From assembly GCA_964654145.1 (NCBI GenBank), contig CAZZHI010000001.1:9956-73955 (forward strand): a DNA stretch of 64,000 nt, given 5' to 3'. The position numbers and the translations under genes are program-made. Source of the DNA: an uncultured Candidatus Saccharibacteria bacterium. Lineage in GTDB: Bacteria; Patescibacteriota; Andersenbacteria; UBA10190. Under the pieces are notes generated by a model. It was not told the origin of the DNA, made no database searches, and saw only the letters and a program-made list of their open reading frames with translations. The stretch's first letter is position 1; each line of letters begins with the position of its first letter. Positions 19,676 to 29,518 of this stretch are shown here, in pieces.

Positions 19676-20146
19676 CTAAAGAAAAATTGGACGAATTACT
19701 ACTCGTCGCTTATCGCCATCGCCAGTACTTTCAGTTACAACTTCTTTTCTTCCCGCGAGCGCAGCATGAATAGTTCGACGATCCGTCGGACTCATAGGGG
19801 ACAGAGTAACGGGTCGACCAGTTTTTTGAGCTCTTCGGGCAGTCTCTTCTGCAAAGCCCAATAAACTACGTTCCCTTCGAAGGCGATATCCGTTCACGTC
19901 TACAATTACCCGAACATGATCATGGAGTTGCTTCCGCAACACACATCGAACGACATGCTGCAGAGCATTAAGAGTTGTGCCTTGCGTCCCTATCAACATA
20001 CTTCCTTCATCCCCAACAACCATAGAAATACGAAGGGTGTCGCCCCCAGAAAAATCACAATCCAACCGAATATGCTGCAAGCCCATTACCTCCATCAACC
20101 TTCGAACATGCTCTGCAATAAGTGCTTCTGCAGGATCTTCTGTCAT
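19676..20146 (-). CDS. jag: Jag/KhpB RNA-binding protein (KH + R3H domains)
   Basis: It has a KH-like segment (LIGTQGTTLNALQHVV) and an R3H segment (RPVTLSPMSPTDRRTIHAAL). It lies in its canonical position after yidC. Confidence 0.8.
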   Translation of the reverse strand: MTEDPAEALIAEHVRRLMEVMGLQHIRLDCDFSGGDTLRISMVVGDEGSMLIGTQGTTLNALQHVVRCVLRKQLHDHVRVIVDVNGYRLRRERSLLGFAEETARRAQKTGRPVTLSPMSPTDRRTIHAALAGRKEVVTESTGDGDKRRVVIRPIFL

Positions 20147-20179
20147 ATGTAAGCACCTTATGCAAAAAGAGGGAAAATA

Positions 20180-20941
20180 TCAAATGTTTGGAGGATTAGC
20201 CTCTAGGTGCAATGTCTTTTTTACAATAATTTGCTGAGCGATTCCAAATAACGTAGAAACTGTCCAATATAACGCGAGTGCCGCTGGCAAACGAAGGGCG
20301 ATAAAGATCGTCATAGCAGGGAATATGTAGGTCATATTTTTCTGCATTGATGCCATCATTTTTGCCGCCTCTTCATTTCCCGCAGGCTGGGACTGTTGCT
20401 GGGGAGCTAAATATTTCATTTGGATAAACTGAAATACCCCGGCTATCACACCTATAACAAGACTTGGGGTGCTAAGATTTACACCTAAAAACAAAAAGCT
20501 GAGTGATGTTGGCTTTTCTACAAAAGAATAAAGATAGTGATATATCTCAGGGGTTAAGCCAGAGAAAAATACTTGGTACAGAGCAATTAACACAGGGAGC
20601 TGAACAATGAGTGGCAGGCACCCGCTTGCCGGATTAATGCCAGCCTCGCGATACACCTTCATCGTTTCCTCTGCTTGCTTTGCTTTATCGTCTTTATGCT
20701 TTCTTTTTAACTCATCTAACCTGCCTTGTACCTGCTTCATTTTTTCCTGATTTTTCCTCATTGCAGTCGCTTGGTGTAAAAAGGAGGGGAGGAGCACAAG
20801 CCGAACAATGATAGTGACTGCAATAATAGCCCATCCAACACTATGGCCAGGCAAGACGTTCGTAACCCCGACTAAAAGATTTAATAAGGGGCGAAACAAA
20901 ACCTCTGTATAAAGAGCGCTAGGGAGTGATGTAATATTCAT
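20180..20941 (-). CDS. yidC: Membrane protein insertase YidC (short, Gram-positive-type)
   Basis: The protein is 253 aa with multiple TM helices. A GCLPLIVQLPVLIALY segment matches the YidC/Oxa1 conserved region. Its position in rnpA-yidD-yidC-jag is canonical. Confidence 0.85.
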   Translation of the reverse strand: MNITSLPSALYTEVLFRPLLNLLVGVTNVLPGHSVGWAIIAVTIIVRLVLLPSFLHQATAMRKNQEKMKQVQGRLDELKRKHKDDKAKQAEETMKVYREAGINPASGCLPLIVQLPVLIALYQVFFSGLTPEIYHYLYSFVEKPTSLSFLFLGVNLSTPSLVIGVIAGVFQFIQMKYLAPQQQSQPAGNEEAAKMMASMQKNMTYIFPAMTIFIALRLPAALALYWTVSTLFGIAQQIIVKKTLHLEANPPNI

Positions 20942-20959
20942 AATATATTTTTCTGGTAA

Positions 20960-21241
20960 TTAAGGACGCTTTACGGGGTCATAACCCCCTTTATGGAACG
21001 GGTGGCACCGAAGCACCCTTTTTACTCCGATACTAATTCCAGAAAGACCATATAGTGAGATTGCCTCTTTTGTATAGTCCGAGCAAGTTGGCTCAAACCT
21101 ACAAACCGGCCCAATAAATAGCTTTAACGGACCATGATCCGGCGAGAGTGTTTTTTGGTATACCCGTATACACAGTATACACAACGAACTTATTGCATTA
21201 ACCACACTCTCTTTAAAAGGCATGTGAAATTTCCCGGGCAA
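20960..21241 (-). CDS. yidD: Membrane protein insertion efficiency factor YidD
   Basis: It has a CRFEPTCSDY motif and is 93 aa. It overlaps the 3' end of rnpA, as is typical. Confidence 0.8.
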   Translation of the reverse strand: MPGKFHMPFKESVVNAISSLCILCIRVYQKTLSPDHGPLKLFIGPVCRFEPTCSDYTKEAISLYGLSGISIGVKRVLRCHPFHKGGYDPVKRP

Positions 21242-21533
21242 TATCCTGAACCTTCATAAAACGAATTTCGGGAGTTGTTGCCACTATTACAATATCTAAT
21301 TGCTCTTGTTTTATATCTAAAAACTTACAGGCGGCCCGTATTTTTCTCTGCACAGAATGTCTCACCACAGCGCTCTTATGAACTTTCTTCCCAGCAATAC
21401 AAGCAAAGCGAAGAGCGCCCACATTCGAGGGCGCTATATATACAGAAGCTATATTCGTTCGAATTCGAGCCCCCGTTGTAACCACCCTTTTAATATCAGA
21501 ATCAGCAGATAGACGATTCTTAAAAGGGAGCAT
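21213..21533 (-). CDS. rnpA: Ribonuclease P protein component RnpA
   Basis: The protein is 106 aa and basic, with a KKVHKSAVVRHSVQRKIRAA (RNR-motif-like) segment. It lies downstream of rpmH. Confidence 0.8.
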   Translation of the reverse strand: MLPFKNRLSADSDIKRVVTTGARIRTNIASVYIAPSNVGALRFACIAGKKVHKSAVVRHSVQRKIRAACKFLDIKQEQLDIVIVATTPEIRFMKVQDIAREISHAF

Positions 21534-21535
21534 TA

Positions 21536-21673
21536 TTACATTTTTGGAATAAGCCGAGCTCTGCCGCGCTTTCTCCTGCGCGCAAGAACGTTTGGACTTT
21601 TCCTTTTTCGGGCAAGAAATCCAAATCTTCGCGCCCGACGGCGCTTACTTGGTTGGTAGGTTCGTTTTGGCAT
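21536..21673 (-). CDS. rpmH: 50S ribosomal protein L34
   Basis: This ORF is not in the ORF track because it is under 60 aa. Reverse-strand translation of 21673 to 21536 gives MPKRTYQPSKRRRARRFGFLARKRKSPNVLARRRKRGRARLIPKM, which matches the L34 consensus (MKRTYQPSKxKRxRxHGFRARM...GRKVLxRRRAKGR). Confidence 0.85.
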   Translation of the reverse strand: MPKRTYQPSKRRRARRFGFLARKRKSPNVLARRRKRGRARLIPKM

Positions 21674-21786
21674 GTGATGATGATGACGTATTCATTAAAA
21701 CAAGTCAAGACCGGGGCTGTATTACAAACTTTCCACAAATTATCAACACCTTTTCCACACTTTGAGGCTTAAGCCCCTTTCTTAAC

Positions 21787-21795
21787 TGTGGATAA
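21787..21795. promoter_or_regulatory. Perfect DnaA box (TGTGGATAA) 3 bp upstream of the dnaA start codon
   Basis: The sequence reads ctgTGTGGATAAccATG. Two weaker boxes (tttccacaa at 21731-21739, ttttccaca at 21751-21759) lie upstream in the rpmH-dnaA spacer. Confidence 0.6.
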
Positions 21796-21797
21796 CC

Positions 21798-23222
21798 ATG
21801 ATACGCTATTTTTCGTATATGAAAGATGCTCAAATATGGAAAGTCGCACTCGATCAGCTTGAGCTTAAAGTAAGCCAGGGGAACTTCCTTACTTGGTTCC
21901 GGAATACTAGCATTAAAGAAAGGAATGGAAGCACATTACTCATAGAAACAAAAAACCCATTCGCATACGAATGGCTATCTAAAAAATATCGTCCTATTAT
22001 CCTAGAGACTCTTCAGGGTATTGATTCTAAAATTTCAGATGTTAAGTTTTGTATCGCATCAAAAAGCACAGAAAAAAGAATTATTAAAAAAAATATCCGT
22101 GTCATTGCCCAAAAAAACGCCTCCGCAAGCTCAATAGGTACATCTTTATCAGGAACACCCTCAAATACAGTCCAAGAATCATCAAAAGATCATCCATCAT
22201 CACTTCCATTTAATAAAAATTATACTTTCGACACATTCGTTGTTGGCACAAGTAATGAAATTGCCCACGCGGCTTGCCGCGCGGTTGCCGCACGCCCCGG
22301 GGAAGCGTATAACCCTCTCTTTATTTATGGGGGAGTAGGATTAGGTAAAACACACCTCCTCCAAGCTGTTGGTAATACTATAAAAGAAGCTAATCCAAAC
22401 TTTACTGTCCTATATGTTGCTTCGGAAAAATTCGCAAATGAATTCGTGGAATCCCTCCAAGAGCACACTACCCAACAATTTAAAAAAAGGTATAGAAATA
22501 TAGATGTTCTTATTATTGACGATGTTCAATTTTTTGCCGGTAAAGACAAAACACAAGAAGAGCTCTTTTATACATTTAACGCGCTTCATAGCCAAAACAA
22601 ACAACTTATCTTAAGTAGCGATCGACCACCTAGCGCAATCCCTACACTCCAGGAACGATTATCATCCAGACTTTCAGCTGGAATGATTGCTGATATTAAA
22701 AAACCAGATTACGAAACTCGCCTCGCAATACTTCAGGAAAAAAGAGACTTACGAAATATTCCAATAGACCAAGACGCATTAGTATTTATCGCTAAGAATA
22801 TTCAAAGTAATGTAAGGGAATTAGAGGGTGCCCTTAACAGAGTTGCGGCATACTGCGAACTCCATAAAGAACGAGCAACTGTAGAGTATACAAAACATAT
22901 CCTTAAAGACATTTTAGAAAAACCCCAAAGAAAAACTATAAACGTAGAAGATTTAATTGCCGCAGTTAGCTCTTACTATAACGTCCCCAACACTGAACTA
23001 AGGGGGAAGTCTAGAAAAAAAGAAATTGTGCGCCCCCGCCAAGTTGCTATGTACCTCCTCAGAAAAGAAAGTAGTATGTCGTTCCCATCTATTGGTAACC
23101 ACTTTAGTGGAAGAGACCACACTACAGCTATGCACGCTTGTGAAAAAATAGAAAAACTTATAGAGCACGATGAGGAACTCTCTCGAGAGATCGGCTTCCT
23201 CCGAGAAAGAATATATGCCTAG
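21798..23222 (+). CDS. dnaA: Chromosomal replication initiator DnaA
   Basis: It has an AAA+ Walker A (GGVGLGKTHLL), a Walker B (LIIDDVQF), and a C-terminal DNA-binding domain (VAMYLLRKESSMSFPSIGNHFSGRDHTTAMHA). Confidence 0.95.
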   Translation: MIRYFSYMKDAQIWKVALDQLELKVSQGNFLTWFRNTSIKERNGSTLLIETKNPFAYEWLSKKYRPIILETLQGIDSKISDVKFCIASKSTEKRIIKKNIRVIAQKNASASSIGTSLSGTPSNTVQESSKDHPSSLPFNKNYTFDTFVVGTSNEIAHAACRAVAARPGEAYNPLFIYGGVGLGKTHLLQAVGNTIKEANPNFTVLYVASEKFANEFVESLQEHTTQQFKKRYRNIDVLIIDDVQFFAGKDKTQEELFYTFNALHSQNKQLILSSDRPPSAIPTLQERLSSRLSAGMIADIKKPDYETRLAILQEKRDLRNIPIDQDALVFIAKNIQSNVRELEGALNRVAAYCELHKERATVEYTKHILKDILEKPQRKTINVEDLIAAVSSYYNVPNTELRGKSRKKEIVRPRQVAMYLLRKESSMSFPSIGNHFSGRDHTTAMHACEKIEKLIEHDEELSREIGFLRERIYA

Positions 23223-23462
23223 TGTGAGTAAATTGTGGGTAACCACACACCTAGTGAGGAAAACCTGTGTGCATATAATAAAGTTTTCCCAAACCATCCC
23301 CAGTTCCTATATTTTTCCACACAGAAAATCCACAGATCTACAAAAAATATCCACATCTTTTCCAATGAGCAAGTATCTGTGTAAAGCCTTTTTATCCCCT
23401 TATCCCCAGATTTTCTCCTTACTACAATAACGTATAACTAACTTTTATATTATTACGGCCTT
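23223..23462. other. Candidate oriC: dnaA-dnaN intergenic region with clustered DnaA-box-like motifs and an AT-rich unwinding stretch
   Basis: It contains tgtgggtaa (23234-23242), ttttccaca (23313-23321), aaatccaca (23326-23334), atatccaca (23347-23355), ttatcccct/ttatcccca (23392-23408), then acttttatattatta just before dnaN. Each motif is within 1-2 mismatches of TTATCCACA. Confidence 0.55.
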
Positions 23463-24569
23463 ATGAAATTCACATGTACGCAGGAAAACTTACTTCGAGG
23501 GGTCTCACAAGTTGCTCCAATAGCGGGTCGGAACGCTCAGCTTCCAATTCTGCAAAATATTCTTCTTCAGGTTCAAAATAATACACTAGCACTTACAACA
23601 ACTGATTTAGAGATAGGTATTAAAACTCAAATAGGTGGAAAGATGGAAGAAGATGGAAGTTGTGTTCTCCCTGCTAAAAGGTTTATGGAGTATGTTCAGC
23701 AACTTCCTAAGACAAACCCCATAACACTAGAAAAGAAGGAGGGTAAGGTTTTTGTTACCACAAAAGGATTTCGTGCTCAGTTTTTATCTGCTGATCCTGA
23801 AGAATACCCACTTCTTCCTGAAAATGTAAAAGATGACCCTATTACTATTAATGCAAAGATGTTTTGCGGCGCTATAAGTCAAACAATATTTTCTGCAACA
23901 CGGGAAGAGACAAGGCCTGAAATTAGGAGTGTGTATATAGTGTGGAAAGATGGAGGAATACACGTTGCTGCAACAGATAGTTTTCGACTCGCAGAGTATA
24001 CGGCCGCACTCCAGTCTTCTGATGATGGTGTGTCTCTTTTATTACCACTAGCTTCAGCCCAAGAGGTTGTTCGACTGTTTCATGAACAGGAGAGTATTCG
24101 TATCGCACTTTATGATAATTACGTTTCATTTGAAAGTGGTGGTATTGAGCTTACTTCGCGTCTTGTTGATGGTAAATATCCAAACTATGAAGATATTATC
24201 CCTACAAGTCATACAACAAAAATACAGATAGGTAGGGATGATTTATTACGAGCATTAAAAACACTATCCGTTTTTCTTCCAAAAGAATCACGTAGGGTCT
24301 CTTTGGAAATTCGTCCAGTAAAAGGTGAGGTTCTACTACGTGTTGCTGGGGGTGATGTGGGGCAGGGTGACGTTATTATTAGTGTTGAGGGTGAAGGTGA
24401 AGATGTGAATGTGTTGGTGAATATTCAATATCTTATAGATGGAATATCTCATTTTTCAGGAGATGTTTGTGAAGGGTTCTTTTTAGGGGCTTTTGATCCG
24501 GTTGTTTTTCGAAGGCAGAGTAAGGATGATGCGTATTTATATGTAATTATGCCAATTCAGGCCCAATAG
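23463..24569 (+). CDS. dnaN: DNA polymerase III beta sliding clamp DnaN
   Basis: The protein is 368 aa and starts MKFTCTQENLLRGVSQV. It has a three-domain beta-clamp size and pattern. Confidence 0.9.
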   Translation: MKFTCTQENLLRGVSQVAPIAGRNAQLPILQNILLQVQNNTLALTTTDLEIGIKTQIGGKMEEDGSCVLPAKRFMEYVQQLPKTNPITLEKKEGKVFVTTKGFRAQFLSADPEEYPLLPENVKDDPITINAKMFCGAISQTIFSATREETRPEIRSVYIVWKDGGIHVAATDSFRLAEYTAALQSSDDGVSLLLPLASAQEVVRLFHEQESIRIALYDNYVSFESGGIELTSRLVDGKYPNYEDIIPTSHTTKIQIGRDDLLRALKTLSVFLPKESRRVSLEIRPVKGEVLLRVAGGDVGQGDVIISVEGEGEDVNVLVNIQYLIDGISHFSGDVCEGFFLGAFDPVVFRRQSKDDAYLYVIMPIQAQ

Positions 24570-24570
24570 T

Positions 24571-25635
24571 ATGAAGGTTAAATCATTATCCGCGCATCAG
24601 TTTAGAAATTTTGCGCATTTTCAGCCAATAGTTTTTCCAGAAGCGCCACTTCTTGTTGTTTTGGCCCCAAATGCGAGCGGAAAAACTAATTTTTTAGAAG
24701 CGGTTGTTATGCTTTTGCGCGGGAAGTCCTTCCGAGCATCTGCGGAGGAGTGTGTTATGGCTGGATCGGACAATTTTATTGTTCGTGGTGATGTTGGGGG
24801 TAGTGAGGGGGATGTGGGACTTATGGTTTCTTACACTATCCCAACTCGAAGTATTAAAATACAAGAAAATAATACTCCTATTTCCCCGGTAACGTTTTTG
24901 GGTCATTATCCTCTTGTACTTTTTTTACCCGAAGATGCATTTCTTTTTAATCGTGGACCTGCTGGTCGAAGAAATTTTATTAACACCTCACTTGCTGGTA
25001 ATAGGCAATATCTTGCTAGTGTTGTTCAGTATCATAGGGCGCTTCGGCAGCGAAATTCTGCCCTAAAGAGTGCAAGTAAAATAGAGGATGTAGAAGTGTG
25101 GACTGATCTTTTAGTAGAGCATGCGAAGGTTATATGGGCGCACCGAGAGGTGTTTGGGAATTATCTTACAGAGAATACTCCAGTTATTTATAAGGATTTA
25201 TTTCAGGAGAGTCTTGATATAAAAGTCTCGTTTATTCCAGGAGTTGCTCAAGTAGATTCTTTTCGTGAATTACTTTCACAAGCTTGGGGGTATGAAAAAA
25301 GATATAAGTATACAATGTATGGCCCTCATCGAGATGATATTGTTGTGCATGTTAATAATAAGCCCGCGGAATCAGTTATGTCCCGAGGTCAGTTACGAGG
25401 ATTGGTTATATCTATGAAGGTTGCTGCCTATGGCTATATGAAGCAACTTTTAGGGCAAGACCCATTACTTTTATTTGATGAAGTATTAAGTGAATTGGAT
25501 CCTGATCGCCAAAAAAGCCTTCTACAACACCTACCTGCAACACAGACAATTCTTACATGTACAACAATTCCAGAAGAGGTTAAAAAAAGGGATAATGTAT
25601 TTGTTTTAGATGTTAGGCCTCTTGTCTCACCCTAG
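24571..25635 (+). CDS. recF: DNA replication/repair protein RecF
   Basis: It has a Walker A (APNASGKTNFLEAV) and an SMC-like C-terminal LLFDEVLSELD Walker B / D-loop. Confidence 0.9.
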   Translation: MKVKSLSAHQFRNFAHFQPIVFPEAPLLVVLAPNASGKTNFLEAVVMLLRGKSFRASAEECVMAGSDNFIVRGDVGGSEGDVGLMVSYTIPTRSIKIQENNTPISPVTFLGHYPLVLFLPEDAFLFNRGPAGRRNFINTSLAGNRQYLASVVQYHRALRQRNSALKSASKIEDVEVWTDLLVEHAKVIWAHREVFGNYLTENTPVIYKDLFQESLDIKVSFIPGVAQVDSFRELLSQAWGYEKRYKYTMYGPHRDDIVVHVNNKPAESVMSRGQLRGLVISMKVAAYGYMKQLLGQDPLLLFDEVLSELDPDRQKSLLQHLPATQTILTCTTIPEEVKKRDNVFVLDVRPLVSP

Positions 25636-25643
25636 CTATTTAT

Positions 25644-25919
25644 ATGGCACTTGAGCTAATTTCGGATTTATTTACCGACAGGGAGGGTATTATTGCTCCT
25701 CAGGATATCCAGTATAGTGTTGAGAGATTTTTACAAGACCAGCTTCACACTGAAAAAATTCGTTGTCGGGTAGTTGGAGCCTCTTTGGGGGTTGAGGTTA
25801 GGGTTGGTAGCCCTGCGCTCGCAGAAGCTGTTTTAATTCGAGAAGAGAGTGTGAGGCGAAATATTCAAAAAGGTTTAGGGTGTTCTCTTGGTGATATGAA
25901 GGTTATACTTGATGTGTAA
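25644..25919 (+). CDS. DUF721-like small protein that typically follows recF
   Basis: The protein is 91 aa and lies in the position usually occupied by DUF721/YaaA-like genes after recF. The family assignment is tentative. Confidence 0.4.
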   Translation: MALELISDLFTDREGIIAPQDIQYSVERFLQDQLHTEKIRCRVVGASLGVEVRVGSPALAEAVLIREESVRRNIQKGLGCSLGDMKVILDV

Positions 25920-25922
25920 TAT

Positions 25923-26630
25923 ATGAAACGAATTGTTATTGATATTGAAACAGTGGGGCGAGATTTTGAGTTATTTGATGAGATTACAAAAGCGGATGTA
26001 CGAGCAAGGCTAAAGGCGGATCCTGGTACCCCGGAATACGAAGAGGAACTCCAAGCGGCTACCCAAGAATTGCAATTCTCCCCTCTTTTAGGAGAGATTG
26101 TGGTTATTGGGGCTTACGATATTGATAAGGGTACGGGAGTTGTTTCGTTTCAGGCTCCCGAAAAAGAGATTGGGGATGTTGTTGAAGGTAGTATTACGTA
26201 CAAGCAGAGGACTGAAAAAAGCATGCTAGAGGCCTTTTGGGGCGGAATTGGTGAGTATGATGAGTGTATTACGTTTAATGGTAGGGGGTTTGATATTCCG
26301 TATATTATTGCGCGGTCTGGAATTAATAATGTTCACGTAACTAGGGATCTTATGAGTAATCGGTTTAATAATAAGTCGTGGGGCGGAATGCTTCATACAG
26401 ATCTTTATGATCAGTTGCGGTATTACGGGTCTGTGCAACGGGCTGGTAGCCTACACCTTTGGACGCAGGCTATGGGAATTGAAAGCCCTAAAGGGGGTTC
26501 AATCGCTGGTAAGGAGGTAGGTCAGGCGTTCCGTGATGGTAGGGGGTTTGAAATTGCGCAATATAATGCGCGGGATTTAATTGCAACAGCTGAGCTCTAC
26601 AAGCGTTGGAAAGAATACATGCAACCGTAG
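25923..26630 (+). CDS. RNase H-like fold predicted 3'-5' exonuclease
   Basis: It has VIDIETVG (DxE exonuclease motif I) and later acidic and aromatic motifs (YNARDL), and is 235 aa. Confidence 0.5.
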   Translation: MKRIVIDIETVGRDFELFDEITKADVRARLKADPGTPEYEEELQAATQELQFSPLLGEIVVIGAYDIDKGTGVVSFQAPEKEIGDVVEGSITYKQRTEKSMLEAFWGGIGEYDECITFNGRGFDIPYIIARSGINNVHVTRDLMSNRFNNKSWGGMLHTDLYDQLRYYGSVQRAGSLHLWTQAMGIESPKGGSIAGKEVGQAFRDGRGFEIAQYNARDLIATAELYKRWKEYMQP

Positions 26631-26646
26631 GTTTGCCTCTTGGGGC

Positions 26647-29475
26647 TTATTCAATAGTAATTGTGTGGGTTGATGATTGTGTGCTGTTTCCGGTTTTGTC
26701 GTATGCAACAGCATAGAGGCGGTATGTTCCTGGCCCTGGGGATGTTTGCCATGTAGAGTCATAGCGGTTTGGGTTTGATGAAGTTGGACTCGTGATGCGA
26801 ACTGCTCGTTGTGTACTCGTACTATCTTCTTTTGAGTACAGTACGTCTACAAAGTCGACTCCACTTGCGTCTGTTGCTGTTGTTTTAATAGTAAAGGGAA
26901 AGGCTGATTCCTTGATTTTGCTATTATTACCAGGTGTGTGAAGGGTGATTTTAGGGGCAGAGCTGTCAGGGTTGATTATAAATGTTCGATGAGCAACTCC
27001 AATAAGGCTATCTTCGGTGATCGCCTGTATGATAAGCGTTTTTCTACCCGAGAATGAAGAGGGGAATGAGAGGGAGGCTTCGTATGGCTCACCGGCTTTT
27101 CGGGAGGCTATTTCTTGCCCATCTACTAAGAAGCGCACAGTTTTTAGTGGGTGGCTAGATTCTATTTCTGCTACAATTTTTGTCGGACTTTCTTTTAGAA
27201 TTGTTTCACTTGGTGATGCAATCCTAACCTTTGGAAGCTCTTCACTACTCCCAATATTACAAGAAGGGGTTGGAAGTGATGTCACATATAGCGGTTCCGC
27301 AGGGTCATCTTTTTTCTCTTCGTTATGCTTTGCTGCCCATGCGGCAATCGCTGCTTCCCAGTTATTAAATTGAGGATCTGCTTCTGCCTGGGCTGGAGGT
27401 TGTCCATTTGGGTCTCCTTTTCGCGTGTAAAATAGGATGCTATGAATTTCTTTAAAGGTCCGTATTTGGCCAACGTTTATTGGGCAGTCTACTGTGTAGA
27501 GAGTTTGAGTTTCTGCTACCCATTTTCCCTTCACTTCAGGCATTTTTCCATCGATTATTCCATTTGGCGCAGGCTCTTGGGGTTCGGGGTTTGTAAATTG
27601 TTCAATTGGAGTTCCCTCTAGTGCTTTTTTCATAAAAGCATTCCAGATTGGGGCTGCGGTGTGGGCCCCTGCTGACTTACCGTTCATTGGGGAGTTGTCA
27701 TTATTTCCCGTCCAAACCCCTGCAACTAGGGATGGGGTGTAGCCAACGGTCCATCCGTCTCTAAAATCTTGAGTAGTTCCTGTTTTTGCCGCCGCCGGGC
27801 GTGCTCCTAGCTGAAGTGGGCTGTTTGTGCCGAATACAATCGATCGAGCATTGTTATCAGATAGTACATTCGTTACTGTTCTCGCAACTTGTGGATCGAG
27901 CGCTGATGTTCCTTGCACTGGATTTTTTTCTGCATCAAAGAGCGTCTCGTCTCCATGTTCTACTTTTAGGATTGCTCGAGGGGGGAGTTTTGTTCCCTCG
28001 TTTGCAAATACTCCATATGCGCTTGTTATATCGAGCAAACGCACCTCTCCTCCTCCAAGAACGAGCGATAAGCCATATCGATCTGGGTCTGTCAGTGTTG
28101 AGAGGCCCATCGCCTGCGCTAAGTTTATAGAATTCTTTACGCCAGCGAGGTATAAGGTTTTTACTGCAGGAATGTTAAACGAATTTCCTAAAGAAGACCG
28201 CATGGAGACAGGCCCTTTTTGGGAGAGGTCATAGTTTTTAGGAATGTACCCTTGGCCGAAATCTGTCTCAGCGTCTATGAGGATTGTTTCAGGCCTGTAG
28301 CCCTCTTGGAATGCCGCAGCATATATAAAAGGCTTGATAGATGACCCTGGGGATCGTAATCGAATCGCTACGTTTACGTTCCCATCAATTTCTTTATCGA
28401 AATAGTCCATTGAGCCAACCATCGCGAGAATATCTCCAGTCTTAGGGTTTATTGCAACCAGTGATGCATTTTTTGCGCCACCAGCTTTCAGGCGATCCCT
28501 GTAATTTTTCATCGCGTCTTCAGCGGCTTTTTGAAGGCGCATATCTAGCGATGTAATAACTTTTAACCCCCCTTGCCCAACAACCCGCTCTCCGTATTCC
28601 TGTTCAAGGAGCTCTTTTATATAAAAGACAAAATGAGGCGCTTGGATGTTTTCAGATGCGGCTTGGAATGAAAGGGTCTCTTTCTTCGCCTGTTCCGCTT
28701 CTTCTTTACTGATCATTCCAAGATCTGCCATGCGGCCAATAATATATTCTTGGCGAGACTTTAGATCATCCATGTGTGACCCGTAAGGGGAGTATCGCGT
28801 AGGCGCTTGGGGCATGGCTGCGAGCGTGGCGGCTTGAGCAATTGTAAGGTTCTGTGATGAAATTCCGAAGAATGTTTGAGCTGCCGCTTCTATCCCATAC
28901 GATCTGCTCCCGTAAGGAATGGCATTGAGGTACATTTCTAAAATCTCATCTTTTGAAAATCGTTGCTCAAGTTCTATCGCAAGCACAGCCTCTTTAACCT
29001 TTCGCTGAAGGGTTCTTTCTGGTGAGAGGATGGAATTTTTAATAAGCTGTTGCGTAATAGTGGAGCCTCCTTGAGCTCTTTGGCCGCTTAGGGGTTTTAA
29101 GATTACACCTCTAATTAAACCGCTCAACTTGATTCCTCGGTGCTCATAAAATTTGTCATCTTCTGCAGCAAGGGTTGCCTTTGCTACGTAGGATGAAATA
29201 TTCGAAAGTTTTACATATGTGCGTTTCGCCTCTCCTATTTCGTATAAGAGGTTTTTTCCAGTTGAGTCATATATTTTTGTGGACTCATTTATTGGGCCTT
29301 GTTGAATATTACTCGGATCTGGCAAATCTCGACTCCACCAAAGAACCGTTCCTGCGGATACAAGAAGTAATACCCCGGCCGCGGTAAGGGCTTTGGGAAT
29401 CATTTTTCTGGAAAACAGTCGGTGGAATAAAATGGCGCCAATATGAGTATGTCTATTGTATCGCCTTGTTGGCAT
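26647..29475 (-). CDS. Class A penicillin-binding protein (PBP1A: GT51 transglycosylase + transpeptidase) with a C-terminal Ig-like extension of about 250 aa
   Basis: It has an N-terminal TM helix, GT51 motifs (EDDKFYEHRGI, TITQQL), and transpeptidase motifs SxxK (GSSIKP) and KTG (KTGTT). A beta-rich tail with two repeated modules follows. Confidence 0.9.
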   Translation of the reverse strand: MPTRRYNRHTHIGAILFHRLFSRKMIPKALTAAGVLLLVSAGTVLWWSRDLPDPSNIQQGPINESTKIYDSTGKNLLYEIGEAKRTYVKLSNISSYVAKATLAAEDDKFYEHRGIKLSGLIRGVILKPLSGQRAQGGSTITQQLIKNSILSPERTLQRKVKEAVLAIELEQRFSKDEILEMYLNAIPYGSRSYGIEAAAQTFFGISSQNLTIAQAATLAAMPQAPTRYSPYGSHMDDLKSRQEYIIGRMADLGMISKEEAEQAKKETLSFQAASENIQAPHFVFYIKELLEQEYGERVVGQGGLKVITSLDMRLQKAAEDAMKNYRDRLKAGGAKNASLVAINPKTGDILAMVGSMDYFDKEIDGNVNVAIRLRSPGSSIKPFIYAAAFQEGYRPETILIDAETDFGQGYIPKNYDLSQKGPVSMRSSLGNSFNIPAVKTLYLAGVKNSINLAQAMGLSTLTDPDRYGLSLVLGGGEVRLLDITSAYGVFANEGTKLPPRAILKVEHGDETLFDAEKNPVQGTSALDPQVARTVTNVLSDNNARSIVFGTNSPLQLGARPAAAKTGTTQDFRDGWTVGYTPSLVAGVWTGNNDNSPMNGKSAGAHTAAPIWNAFMKKALEGTPIEQFTNPEPQEPAPNGIIDGKMPEVKGKWVAETQTLYTVDCPINVGQIRTFKEIHSILFYTRKGDPNGQPPAQAEADPQFNNWEAAIAAWAAKHNEEKKDDPAEPLYVTSLPTPSCNIGSSEELPKVRIASPSETILKESPTKIVAEIESSHPLKTVRFLVDGQEIASRKAGEPYEASLSFPSSFSGRKTLIIQAITEDSLIGVAHRTFIINPDSSAPKITLHTPGNNSKIKESAFPFTIKTTATDASGVDFVDVLYSKEDSTSTQRAVRITSPTSSNPNRYDSTWQTSPGPGTYRLYAVAYDKTGNSTQSSTHTITIE

Positions 29476-29518
29476 AGGGGTATTATAGCATGTCTTGGCA
29501 ACGTCTTTGTGTCAATGT

